This document shows positions 10,749 to 22,716 of a stretch of DNA of 64,000 nt, one piece after another (position 1 is the stretch's first letter; every line of letters begins with the position of its first letter). The notes under the pieces are model-generated. The model worked only from the letters and a program-made list of their open reading frames with translations, was not told the DNA's origin and did not search any database. The position numbers were made by a program, and so were the translations under genes. Location of the stretch: positions 248,001-312,000 of the forward strand of contig CP145427.1 in the NCBI GenBank assembly GCA_036867785.1, read 5' to 3'. The stretch is from Plasmodiophora brassicae (taxonomy: Eukaryota).

Positions 10749-11537
10749 ATGCACACCATCACGTTCCTGTCTGCCTTCGCGCTGGTCGTCGTCGCCGCCG
10801 CCGCAATCACCGCCGATGACGCCCGTGCGTTCCGCGACCAGGCCCTGTCGTTCGGCCGGGACACTGCGACGAAGTTGAGACCGGTTGCCCGCGACGTCGG
10901 CGACAGGGCCATGACGTTCGGCAAGGAGGCTGCCACGAAGTTGGGGCCGATTGCCCGCGACGCCGGCGACAAGGCCATGGCGTTCGGCAAGGATGCGGCG
11001 ACGAAAGTGGGACCGATCGCCCGCGACGTCGGCGACAAGGCCATGGCGTTCGGCAAGGACGCGGCGACGAAAGTGGGACCGGTTGCCCGTGATGTCGGCG
11101 GCAAGGCCATGGCGTTCGGCAAGGACGCGGCGACGAAAGTGGGGCCAGCTGCCCGTGCTGGCCGGGACCAGGCCATGTTACTCAGCAAGAAGGCTGCGGT
11201 CAAATTGGGGCTAGCACCCCGAATTGCGAATCGTCGAGCGGTTGTGCGGCGACCCTTCACGAAGTACGGTGTGGCCATCGGTGTCGGCGCTGCCGCTGGC
11301 GCCGCTGTTGCCGGCGCCGAGCACCTGCAGAACGTGTTCGGCAGGAACAAGGTGACGGACGCGCTCGTCGACCTGAAGACGAACTACGTGAAGCCCGCCA
11401 TCGAGAATGTCAAGGCAGCGGGCAGGAACGTGTGGGGCCAGACGGGAGCGGACGCACAGGCACAGCGTTCCGCGTGCCCCAATGTCATCAACATGCGGGA
11501 CGTTGACGACATCGACGAGCCGGACGTTGACATGTGA
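10749..11537 (+). CDS. Secreted protein, family A copy 4, with 22-aa amphipathic repeats
   Basis: Signal peptide; about 5 copies of GDKAMAFGKDAATKVGPIARDV (66-bp units); family motif AVAGAEHLQNVFGRNKVTDAL. Confidence 0.85.
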   Translation: MHTITFLSAFALVVVAAAAITADDARAFRDQALSFGRDTATKLRPVARDVGDRAMTFGKEAATKLGPIARDAGDKAMAFGKDAATKVGPIARDVGDKAMAFGKDAATKVGPVARDVGGKAMAFGKDAATKVGPAARAGRDQAMLLSKKAAVKLGLAPRIANRRAVVRRPFTKYGVAIGVGAAAGAAVAGAEHLQNVFGRNKVTDALVDLKTNYVKPAIENVKAAGRNVWGQTGADAQAQRSACPNVINMRDVDDIDEPDVDM

Positions 11538-11614
11538 GCGACCGCCCCCTTCCACCGTTTCTATAAACGCCACAGTTGTCGCAACGCGTCAAACTCGTTT
11601 GTATCTGATCCAGT

Positions 11615-13007
11615 CTAGAGCATCATGCGCTGGCCGTTGACGATGCCGAGGCCGCCGGCCTGCTGCTGCTGCGGGTTGTGGGCGCCGCCGCCCGCCGCCG
11701 TCATCTGCATGTCCATGGTCGGGTTCATGTTCATCTGCAGGAAGTCGGGCGAGTTCAGGTACTGCTCGACGCGGGCCCGGTCGAGCGCGTCCGTCATCAT
11801 CGACATCCTGCCGCTGCTGTCGCCCGTGTCCGCGTACAACGGCGCGTGCGTCCCCTTCCCCTCCTTCTGGTTGGCGTTACCGACGTTGATCGCGCCGCCC
11901 TGCTGTTCCGACGGCGCCGTCGTGATCGTGAGCACCTGGCGGCCCATCTACAACCGTCGTCAGCCCAGCGTCCCAACTGATGACCGAGACGACCGACCCA
12001 CCTGGTTCGACGTCGACACGGTCCGCATCTGGCCGCCAGCGAACGTCGTGATCGCACCGGTGCCGAACGCGCTCAGGGCGTCGGGCGCCCGGACGGCCGT
12101 CGAACGGGCCGGCGCGCCCCGCTTAACGGTGATCAGGTCGGCGAGCTCGCCGTAATGGCGGAACGCTGGCACCGTGATCGACACCTGACCGAAACGATCA
12201 GCCACGCTCTGGGTCAGCGCTCGCTGCGCCTGCCCCCGACCTGTTCGCCCAGGGCGGTGGTGACGTCGACCGTGAACGGGTACACCGGGTTCGTCCCGTT
12301 CTTCAGCTCGTGCTTGTAGAACGCCCCGTCCATGTGCAGGTCGTGCCCGTTGACCTTGGCGTCGATGATCGGCGCCGACAGGCCCCGCACCTGGAACCGC
12401 GCCCTGGTCTGTGTGGCGCCGTCGAAGAACAGTGTCACCTGCTGCTGCTTGGCAGGGCACGGGATCGCGCGCCATACGACGTTCGACGTGCCCGTGCCGG
12501 GGATGCCCAGCTGAATGCCAGACGTCTGCGTGCATTCCGGGCAGACCTACGCGAGCGCACCGGTCAGCCTCGATGGACGGCCACGACAACAACGACGATG
12601 ACGTACGTCGTAGACGTAGGCGTAGTACTCGCCGACGACGCCGACGTTGTCCGCTGGGTTGGGCGTAGATGGGGCCGGGCCCTTAATGGCAACGCACATG
12701 CCACAGACGGCCGCCTGCGACTTCATGCCGACCGTCATGCCGTTCATGGCCTGTGTGGGGTCAGGGTCGGTCAGAGCGCGGCCCAGCAGCCGACCGAGGC
12801 AACGGGCGGACGTACGACGGCGATGAACCCCTGTGGGATGGTGCCACCGGCGGCGCACCCGGGCCCAAAGTTCTTCCCGCTGTAGAACGACGCCGCCGTC
12901 GACACGTCGATGTCGAAGAACGTGGACAGGGGCGAGAACGGCGTCGTGGGCGACGCGGACGCCACCACCAGCGCCGCGATCATCGGGATGACCACGCGTG
13001 CTTGCAT
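11615..13007 (-). CDS. Secreted expansin-like protein (DPBB plus CBM63-like domain) with C-terminal extension, about 5 exons
   Basis: Signal peptide. The spliced product has ASFYSG..GC, CGMCVAI, YVYDVCPEC and WRAIPCP, then a beta-rich domain FQVRG...PFTVDVTTALGEQ typical of expansin-related proteins. Confidence 0.75.
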
Positions 13008-13544
13008 ATGTGGGGGAATAGTTAACGAGTTCCTGGCAAACGAATTAGAGAGAAATGGATGAATGAAGAGGACGGTGATTGTGACCCTGCCCCAGCGAGC
13101 GTGTGACGTGGGTCACCGTATGTGACTCAACGTTGTCCCCGCGTTGAGTCACACAGGCCCGACCGGCACTCGCTGACCCACTTTGACTCTCGCGACGCTT
13201 CGGCCACCACGCTCGTCTGTACGTTCCGCGTGCTGAGCGGTGGTACCGGGTGCCAAGTACGCCTGCCCGTCCGGGGCGCGATGACTACGGGTCCACGTTG
13301 GCACCGACATCCAACATTGTTCCAGCGACATCGCTGTCGCTAATGTGCCCAACTACCAGTACCAGACGAACGAACCTGTCAGCCCTGCTATCGCGAACGT
13401 CGATTGCGGCTGTAAATGGTACCATGCAACGCCCGGCGATCGTGAGTCACGTTGCAGGGCGTAGCATGACGACATGTCATTCCGGACCCGGAATCGACGT
13501 CGTCGGGTGCGACCCGGAAACGCAAACCACAATTTTCAGAAACG

Positions 13545-14949
13545 ATGCAAAGCGGTACGATCGACGTGTCCATCTGGAACCAGTTCCTGCTGGTCGTCGG
13601 GCAGATCGCGTCCATCGTCTGGACATGGTCCGGGTACGTCGTCACTCAGGCCTACCACGCGGTACTCGTCAACGTCGTCCTGGTGGTCTTTAACGCAGTC
13701 GGTCTCAATACGTCCTCGCTGGAGCGCTTTCAGCGCGCGCTCAGCGACGTCCTGTCGTACATCTTCACGGCCCCCCACAGGACTGCCAACGGGCAGACGT
13801 TCCCCTACTCGCTGGCGAATGTGATGGACACCAGATACCAGCTGCACCCTGACTACGTCGTTCGCCTTCGCCATGAGTTCCCGTGGTTCGCCGATGACGG
13901 CGCCGCGTGCAAGGTGGACCATCCGGAGACGGTGCACGTCCTCTCGCTAATGTCCAAGCTGGCCTACGAGGACCCGCAGGTCGTCAACGACATTGCCCAG
14001 AAGTGGGGCTTGCAGGTGTACAACGTATCCACAGACAGCGCGTCAGTATGCTTCAGGCACGACGTCCGAGTACGTTCGTCGTAATCTAACATGGAGGGCT
14101 ATAGATCCGCCTTCGTTGCCGTTGTCGGGCAATCCGTCGTCGTTGCGTTCCAGGGAACCACAGCCAAGACGATCGTCAGCGTCCTCGAAGGCGTTACGTT
14201 GGAGTTGCCCGACAAGCAGGGCACCATATACGCCAGCTTCTACAGGGTGGGTCGCGTGTGATCACCGCGCTGGGGGCACTAATCCCAACCGTTTGCAGGA
14301 CCTGCTTTCGACCGACAGCGACGGTAGGACAATGCTGGAAATGATCGAGGAGATCGTCGTGCGTCCGGGCCTCGTCGACAAACAGGTCCTGATCACGGGG
14401 CACAGCCTGGGTGCGTCCATGGGCGTCCTGTTCGGCGTACTGTGCGACGCGCGGATCCAGAAACGGATCGCCGGGTTCGTCACGTTCGGGCAGCCCCGGG
14501 AGGGCGACGAGACGTTCCGCCTGAATTTCGAACGGTACGACACGTGCCATGCTGCTGGTCGCGCGCCACGATTCGCCTCTAATCGGCGCTGCAGGATGCA
14601 CCCGGGGAAGTACGTGCGGTACGTGCACGCGTTCGACCTTGTCACGTACGCGCCCGTCCTCGCGGCCGTCTTCCGGCACATCGACCCGAAACGATACATC
14701 ACGGTCGCCGGCGACGTCAAATCCCACGAGGACGAAATCGCAACCTGGACCGTCGTCGACGCGCTGTCCTACTGGGTCCAGTACCTGGCCCTGATCCCGA
14801 CCTTCTGGCTGCGTGGCGAATCCCTGCTTCGATCGCTGTTCCGCGTCGCGTTCCTGGGCGTCCCCAACGGCGACGACCACTGGATCTGCAACTACGAACG
14901 CGCCCTGTACAACCGCGTGACGAACGTACACGAATTAAAGACGGCCTAG
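13545..14949 (+). CDS. Class 3 lipase (alpha/beta hydrolase), multi-exon; probably has further 5' exons
   Basis: LMSKLAYE, VVAFQGT, ITGHSLG nucleophile elbow, VTFGQPR, RYVHAFDLV and DHWICNY motifs. Confidence 0.85.
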
Positions 14950-15131
14950 AGCGAGTCGGTGGCGGCGAGTGGCGACCCGACAGAAATAGCGCGTTGTCCG
15001 AGTCGCTCGCCGCCGGTGGTAAAACCGACGCGCGAGCCTATATTTAGGCTCTGTCGTTATTTGCCGCTGGGCTGGGTCTGTCGCGTTGCTCAGTCGTCGT
15101 CGGCCAGACATTGCCGGACGCGCGAGCGCCA

Positions 15132-15805
15132 ATGGGTTGGTCCCGCGCGCGCGTCGTCGGCACCGATCCGCCCCGCTGATTGCTGTGCGTCAGGTCGGCG
15201 TAAGATCGAGATCCAGACGATCCCGGCCGGCAAGAAGCGCAGCGCCACGTTCCGCAAGCGCAAGACCGGCCTCGTCAAGAAGGCCATCGAGCTGGCGACG
15301 CTCACCGACTGCGATATAGGTACGACGCTTCCGACTAGTCGTACTGGTGTGCAACGCAAGCGCTGACCGGCGCCGCGTGTCCCCAGCGCTGATCATCATG
15401 CACAAGGACCAGGTGACGCAGTTCTCGTCCAGGGACATCTCCTCGATATGGAGCGATTTCGTCAACTACGACGGCCACGTCGAGGTCGTCAAATCGTCCG
15501 ACCTGAACCGCCTGGAGCCCGGCCGGTTCTTCCCGCCCTGGAACCAGGCGTCGTCGCCGCCGCCCCCGCAGGCGCCCAGGCCGGCGAACCCGATGGGCCT
15601 CGCCATCCAGAGCAGCTGGGACCCGTCCCAGCTCCACATGGACGCCATCCGGGCGATCGGCATGCCATCGATGCCCGTCGGCGGCGTGTTCCCGTCGTGC
15701 TGGGCGAACTCCGACCAGCTGGGCCTGCAGAACGACCTGCCGCCGTTCGCCGGCCCATCCCATCATCACCACCAGCAGCAGCAGCAGCAGCAGGTCCACC
15801 GATAA
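15132..15805 (+). CDS. MADS-box transcription factor 1 (MEF2-like)
   Basis: ATGG|intron 15136-15193|GTCGG gives MGRRKIEIQTIPAGKKRSATFRKRKTGLVKKAIELATLTDCDI. Second intron ~15320-15386. His/Gln-rich C-terminus. Confidence 0.9.
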
Positions 15806-15845
15806 TCTATTCGCCCGGTCCGTCCCCGGCGACGAAATACATTCG

Positions 15846-18066
15846 CTACATGACCAGCGGGTACAGGACGTCGTGCGGCAAGGCGGGCAGGGTCGGCGGC
15901 GCCGGCGGGACCAGCGTCGCGTTGCCCGAAGCCGGGTACGCGAGGAACGACGCGGACACGGTCACCTGGAACGTCTGGGCTTCGCCGGCCGCCCCGGTCA
16001 CGGTCCTCATGCGCCACCTGCCCATGCTGTCAAGGCGCGAGACGCACGACGGGCCCGCCTGCGCCTACGTGTCGGTGCCGTAGACGACGCGCGCCGACAC
16101 GATCTTCGTCTGCGGGTTCAGCACCGACCCGACGTCGGCGGTCAGGAACTCGACGTGCATGGCGCTGACGATGCCGGTGCAGGACAGCTGCGACGCCGAC
16201 CACGTGTACGAGGTGGCCGGCGCGCCGAGGTCGACCTGGATCCAGTCGTCGACGTTCGTGTAGGTGGAGCTGCCCCACCGGCCGACGTACAGCGGGGCGA
16301 GCGTCGCCAGGTAGTCGAGGACGCCTCGGGAGGCGCACCGGGCGGCCAGCTGCGCGCTCGTCAGCGTTATCGCACAGGTGGAGTGCAGCGACTCGCCGAA
16401 CCCGACGACGATCCGGTCGGCGTCGGCCAGCGAGCATTGCCCGTTCGCCGAACGACCTGTTCGTGGCGTTGAGCGAACGGCCGGACGACCGGACGACGAC
16501 GAGGGAGGCGTACCGACGAGGGTCAACCCGCTGATCTGCTGGGAGATGGCCTGCTGCGACGCCGAGATCGTCTGGAGCTGGCCGGCCAGGACGGGCTTGC
16601 CGACGATGTACCCGGGGTTGCCCGATTTCGCTCTGCCCGTCGCAGACGTCCAGCTCTGGGGACGCGTCGGTGTCAGTCGTGCCGAGCGTTGTGGTGCACT
16701 CCGCGAGGAGGACGTTACCCTGGTGAACGACGTCGAGTACTGCTGGACGATCGCCCCGGACGCGTCGCCGCTGGAGCAGGTCGAGGACGGCGTGACAGTG
16801 CTGACGGTGACGGCCGCGCTGGCTTGCGTGATCTGGCCGGCCTGGTTGTACGTGAACGTGTACGCGATCTGGCGAACAACACAGTCAGTGGACAGGCGAG
16901 CAGCAGGCCGATAACGTTCGCGTACGCCGGCGACAGCGTTCTGGCACTGGCAGGACCCGGGTGTGTACGTCGGCACCGGCATGGACGGTAACGTCGTCGG
17001 GGCGCCCGTGTTCGGGTCGACGAACGTCGTCTCGGTGACCGTGATCGGGATGTACTGCGAGACGGAATCGGGGGAGGCGGCCGCCACCTGATGGACAACA
17101 ACAGTCACTGGCATGCGGTGCACGAACGCGTCATCGATCGTCCCCGAACCTGGCCGATTTGCAGCGCCGTCGTGTACGTCGCCGGGTTCAGATACGTCGT
17201 GCAGGAGCTGGCCAGCGACGTCAGCGTGCGCTGGCATCGGGTCTGCGTCGCTTGGCCGAATAACGCGAACTGGGCGTCGTCGCCTATCAGCAGTCAGGAC
17301 CCAGATGTTCCCCGGGCCGCATCACGTGGCTTAGGTACATTCGAAGGTGGCGCTTGGGCCAGGGATCGACAGGAATCCGTAGCCCTGGCTGACCAGGCCG
17401 CCGGACACGGATCGCCCGGCGACGATGGGCGACCCAACGAGGTAGTTGCTCGTTGCCGGGACCGGGGTGGCCGTCGGTGATGCCTTGGAGAACAGGTAGG
17501 GCGTTGCGGATTCAAGCGCGTCGAACTGCGACGAGGTGACCGCCGATGGCGGCGAGGTGTAGAACGTGCCCAGGCTCGGGTTGTTCACCGACTATACACG
17601 ACGGGTCGTAAGGTAGCGGAAAGCGCTGGTCGTCGTCGCTGCACGCGCCCGACCTGGACGCAGATTAGGTTGTCAACGAACGTGTAGCTGAGGCTCGCAC
17701 GTTTGTTGACGGCGACGAGGTTGGAGTCGACGCACATGGGGACGCTCGCCTGGACGGCCCCGCTGGGCGTCACGCTGGAGAACAGCGCCTGCTCCGCCGT
17801 CGTGCAATCCGGGTCGCATGAGCACCCGAAATCGCACACGCTGTACGTAAGGTCGCAGGTGCAAGTCCCTGGCGACAACGGCGTTAGTCGCCACATGCAG
17901 AGCGACAATAGCAACGAGGGGCCGGACCGATGTCGGTCTGCTCATTCGGGACGAGTGCATGCGGGGTCACGATCGCTGACGAATCGATCGGGTACGTGGT
18001 GTTCCCTGCCAGCGACCCAGCGACAAGCGCACACAGTAAAAGGGGCAATGCCCACGACGCCGCCAT
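15846..18066 (-). CDS. TCTN: Tectonic (ciliary transition-zone protein), multi-exon
   Basis: Signal peptide; CTCDLT...CDFGCSCDPDC; SGNPGYIVGKPVLAG; VGFGE; NPQTKIV; LPHDVLYP. Confidence 0.9.
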
Positions 18067-18822
18067 CTTTCCGATCACGACTGGGCGCATCGATTCGGGC
18101 TGCGCCCGCGCGAAGCCACCTGATGCGCTCTGTCTGTCCCCTCACTGACGTTTTGTCGGGTGGGCCGCCGCCCGACGAATCGCAACACACAAGTTTCTGT
18201 TATGCAGCGCGAGTGACTGTGCGAATGGGTTTGGAGTCTCTGACGTATGGGAATGGTCCCGCTGGACGCAGGCACGCTTTTATTATTAGCCGCTCGTCGC
18301 TGTTGATGCCAGTATTTTAGGCACATGGCCGAATTAAGCGACACGCGTCGGCGTCGCGTTTTGATGACGAACGCGATCGATCATCGTTCGCCGGGCGCGA
18401 AGGTTCGCCACGGGCGTGGCATGCAGCTCCGGCTCGGTGCCGCCCCCGTCGGGGGTATCGCCCCCCGTCCCCCCGCTGCCGCCGGCCCCGTCAGAGCTGC
18501 ACGTCGGGATGGAAAACTGCGCGACTGTCCTGGGCCGCGCTCAGCCACTGGGCCGGGGCGGGCGCTGCGCGGGCGGGCGGTTGGGCAGCGCAGTCCGGAA
18601 ACTGGCAAGCGACATCCCTCGAAGTCGATCGACCGCCGCTCGCATCGTCCGCCCCGACCGCAATTGCGTCCCGATCAGGCACGGCCCCCCCAGGAAGGCG
18701 CCCGTGAGTCACGCGTGAACCCGTCCCGAACAGGCTCGACGAACTTCCGGGCCGTTGTTCCGGGCCAGATCGTGAGATAGCCGAGTTTGGCGACAGCGCG
18801 CGCGCGGCGACAGCAGCTAAAG

Positions 18823-19344
18823 ATGGGGCGCAAGCGCATTGATATCGAACGGATTAAGGACGATCGGCGTCGCAACGAAACGTTCCGGAAGCGGAAGGCG
18901 GGACTGTTGAAGAAGTGCCAGGAGCTCGGCACGCTCTGCGACTGCGAGGTCGCGCTGATCATCATCAACGGCGACAAGCTGACGGCGTTCGGCAACAACG
19001 GCGCCAACGACACTGTACAACGGTACCTGAGCTTCGACGGCGAGATCGAGACGATTAACGGCGACCCGTCCGAGAACGGGGGATCAGGCGCGTCCGCCAA
19101 GCGGAACAAACTGAAGAAGCGCAAGCGAGTGGACGTCAGCGCGCCTGATATTCTCGGGTGGAACACGAACCCGGTCGCGATGGGCTTCGGCCCGAACGAA
19201 TCGCTGATGGGGTACCAGGGCGTCCCCACCGGCATGGAGGCCTATGCAGAAGCGCAGTCCAAGATGGGCAGCGGCGCCTTCGTCGACCTGAGCGGGTTCA
19301 GCAGCGGCCCGATCTTCCCCAACACGATGAGCGGCGGCATGTAG
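18823..19344 (+). CDS. MADS-box transcription factor 2 (MEF2-like), intronless
   Basis: MGRKRIDIERIKDDRRRNETFRKRKAGLLKKCQELGTLCDCEVALIII is a canonical type II/MEF2 MADS domain. Confidence 0.95.
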   Translation: MGRKRIDIERIKDDRRRNETFRKRKAGLLKKCQELGTLCDCEVALIIINGDKLTAFGNNGANDTVQRYLSFDGEIETINGDPSENGGSGASAKRNKLKKRKRVDVSAPDILGWNTNPVAMGFGPNESLMGYQGVPTGMEAYAEAQSKMGSGAFVDLSGFSSGPIFPNTMSGGM

Positions 19345-19488
19345 ACGATGGCCCATACGGCCGCCCCCCGCGTCATCGTCTGTCACTGTCTCGCGTTGTC
19401 CCCGCACACACACACAATACACAGACCATGATTCGTAGTACGTCGAATCTGGCTCGATCGATCCGCAAGGTACCCAGTATTCTAAACA

Positions 19489-20887
19489 ATGGCGACCTCG
19501 TTCGAGGCGGCCAAGTCGTTCCTGCAGAAGGCGTCGCCGACCGGCGTCAGCGTCTACGACCACCTGTCCGACCTGATCCTGAAGATCCTGCGCGAGGCGC
19601 CACCCGACGCCGTCGCCGACCTCGAGACGCTGTCGGCACGAGTCAAAGCCGAACGCCTCCACCCGGAACGCCTGCACGAAGGCCGACCTGCCGATCCCGA
19701 TAAGGGGCTCAAGGACGCGATCGCGGGCGCCAACGTCGCCACCCTGTCCCTGTTCCCGGCACCGTCGCCGGACGACGCTGAACCCGCCGAATCCATCGCT
19801 AACGACGTCGTCAGCGATGCGACCCTATTACGCTGCGCTGGCGTCGGCAGCGGCGACGAGGCGACGTTCCGACTCGGCCTGCAGATCGCCCAGCTGGAGA
19901 CGACGCTGGTGGCGCAGGGCGCCGTCAAGATCCGCTGGTTCGGGACGATCACCGGCGTAAAAGGCGACTACACGGTCGTGGAAGTGAAACTTGGCGAGCC
20001 CGGCGACGCCCCTGAAGGTCTGGAGGCGGCGCGAGGTGAAGCACCCGGGCAGGGCGCGAACGAGTACGCGTACTGGGTCCTGCCGACGCTGACGGGCACC
20101 TGGGCCCGCCTGCCCGACGTCCTGCCGGAGCAGATCCGCGTGTCGCGTTCCAAGAAGCGGCTGCTGACCGGCGACTTGAACGCGTCTGTCGGCGGCGCGC
20201 CTCACTTCCGCTGGCCGGAAGCATCGTACCTTCGCGCGATGATCGCCCGAATCGCGACGGCGACGCTGATCGCACCTGCCGGGTTCTACGAAGACAAAGG
20301 CGCCGACGAAGGCGGCGTCGTCCCCGCGGAAGCATGGTACGGGGCCAGGGTACTCATTGGCGATGGAGGGACGGGTTCTGACGCTAGGCCGCAGGGATGC
20401 CCCCAAGGCAGCCGTGCTGGCGACGGCGGACGGGTGGGTGCACGAACGTGCCGCGTTGCTGAAGCAGGGCCGGGTGGTGCCATGGGTGCCGCCGGAAGCC
20501 GACCCAGACGCCGACCCGCCGGCTGAGCAGGCGCCGGCGGAGGACGTCGAGGAGGCCATCCCTGCGTTACGGTCCCTGTCGGAAGACACGACCGACGTAG
20601 CCGCTTCCGCCTGGTCGTTCCGGGTGTCGCCTGGTGCACACCCGGTGGTGACAGCGATGTCGCTGACGTGGCCAGGGGCGGTGACCGTCGCCAAAGGGAA
20701 ATCGTTCGTCAGCGTCTACGTTGGCGATGGCGTCCGGCAGACGGCGACGGCGTACGCCCCCGTCCTGCCGAGCGCGTTCCAGGCCGAGTTCAAGGATGAC
20801 GAGGAGGAGCCCAAGCTGAAGGAGCAGGAGGATCCGCTGCCACCCCCCGCTGAGGAGAAGCCAACTGCCGAAGAGACGCCTGCCTGA
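19489..20887 (+). CDS. RSPH4: Flagellar radial spoke head protein 4/6 homolog
   Basis: AKSFLQK....SVYDHLSDLILKIL, RWFGTITG, E.PGQGANEYAYWV, LLTGDL, EASYLRAMIARI, SLTWPGA, VYVGDG. Intron ~20337-20394. Confidence 0.9.
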
Positions 20888-20935
20888 GTTCAGAAACAGG
20901 TCAAACGAAGGCTTTCATTTCACGATAAACGGAGG

Positions 20936-22497
20936 TCAGAGCTCGAGAATGCGCAGCGGGATCGCGCCAGACATGGTGGGGACGTTGGTCAGTTTCTTGT
21001 GGATGACGGCGCCGATGGCAATCAGGACAACGACGGCGCCGGTCAGGCCCAGTATCAGGTACAGGAGCGTCATCTGCCCTGCGCGTTTCACGGGAGGTCG
21101 TGTCTGCCCCTTGATCTTCTTGATTTCCATATCGGCCTTCGCTGACAGATGACGGACGTAGCCGTTGACACTGGCGGTGGCGACGGCAGCTAGGCTGGCG
21201 CCTTTCATGAACGCTGTCGGCGCGAACGTCTCCTCAACAACGAAGGGCGGCTTCGTTTTCCCAGCGTGGGAACCCGTGAGGGCGCCGACACCGGTAGCAA
21301 GGACAACAGGGACGAGGGACGACGTCCATGTGAACTTGGCTTTCTCGATCTTGCCTTCCGTGTCCTGGATCTGCTTGCTGAGGCTCTCCCTGTCTGCCAA
21401 GCACTGTTTGACCGTGCTGTTGATACCTGCCAGAACATGCGCATCCTCGTTGGCGGTCAGGTCGGCGATTGTAATCTGAAGCTCGCTGATCGTGGCGTTG
21501 AGGTTCTGGGACATTACCGACTGCTCTTTAGCGAAGACCTGGCGGTGGATCTCGATTCTCGACGTGTACTTGTCGATCGTCGCCTGGGCCTTCTCTACCG
21601 TCTGTTGGTGTTTGCGCCTGCTGCTAGTTACGATTTCCTGGAAGTTGTCGACGAACTTCTGCAACTTGTTCTTTTGGTTGGCGACCTCCTGTTGCACTTC
21701 GTTCTCGAGGCGTTCGATACTTTCGCGAATCTGGGACTCCTTGGTGGATCGCTTCTTGTGTGTCTCTTGGACTTTAGCCCGTTCGGCCTCGATCACAGTC
21801 TCTCGTTGACAATTTTCATTGGTCAAGACATCGACCATGTTCCGACGCGTGTCCTGAAGTGTTACGATGGCCTTGTTAGACATTGCCTTTGTCACTACTT
21901 GACTCTTTGGCATGACCACCACGTCCTTCTCCCCGTATACCCACTGTTTGTGTGGCCCAAACCAAGCAACCCATTGACTGATATCACACAATTTGTGAAC
22001 AGCACCTCGAAACCTGTTATGTGATTTAAAAATGGGTACCAGACTACCAGTGCACGTTACGACCTACCCAATTCTCTCAACGGTCGTCAGATGGTTCCGG
22101 TCCTGCATCTGGAAGAAGTCCGTACCAACATAAAACAGCAAGTTTTCAACCGACTCGACTTTGAAAATGATGGTTTTGGCCCCATCGCAGCCCTGCAACC
22201 TCTCAGGTGAAGGCATGAATACGCCGCCTGCAGCACGTAGAGCGGGAATCGTGCTATTGTGAAGCAATGTTGTCAGTCCACTGATATGCCCGTGTAAATC
22301 TGGACCGGTACCGACATCTCCACCTCGGCGACCTGTGATGAACGGGCACCTGGCAACTGCTTGCATTCCACGTCACTGCGGCTGCACATTCGGCAATTCT
22401 TGACCCATTTGTCGAACTTGACAAACTGGCTGGTTGCCGCCGGCAGGAATTCCGCCAACAACGCGATAGCGAACAGAGCGCATGCACAGAGATGCAT
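20936..22497 (-). CDS. Head-to-head pair 1, left gene: signal peptide, Cys domain, coiled coil, Gly/Ala hydrophobic segments, C-terminal TM
   Basis: MHLCACALFAIALLAEFLPAATS signal; two short introns join three ORFs; TM LLYLILGLTGAVVVLIAIGAVI. No family recognised. Confidence 0.75.
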
Positions 22498-22716
22498 GGT
22501 GAGCGTCTCCCGGTTGTCGATTGAACAGTGATCTCTGACCGCCCTCTGCTTGGCCTGGTCTAAATCGGATCTATTCCCAATTTGTCCAAACTCATGTCTA
22601 AATCGGGGACGGGGAGTCTCTCCACCTGTTCCCAATTTGGCCAAATTCGCCGTTCCCGCCTAAATTCGGGACGGGGTATTTGGAGGCCGATGTACTGAGC
22701 TTCCGGATTCATTGTC
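22498..22716. promoter_or_regulatory. 219-bp bidirectional promoter with a duplicated motif block
   Basis: Lies between two divergent ATGs. TTCCCAATTTG(T/G)CCAAA...CTAAAT(C/T)(G/C)GGGACGGGG occurs twice. Conserved in the copy at 34560-34778. Confidence 0.6.

Noticed and set aside
15132-15135. 4-nt first coding exon of MADS1 as unusual
   Set aside because: Start-codon-proximal introns are common, and the exon probably includes 5' UTR.
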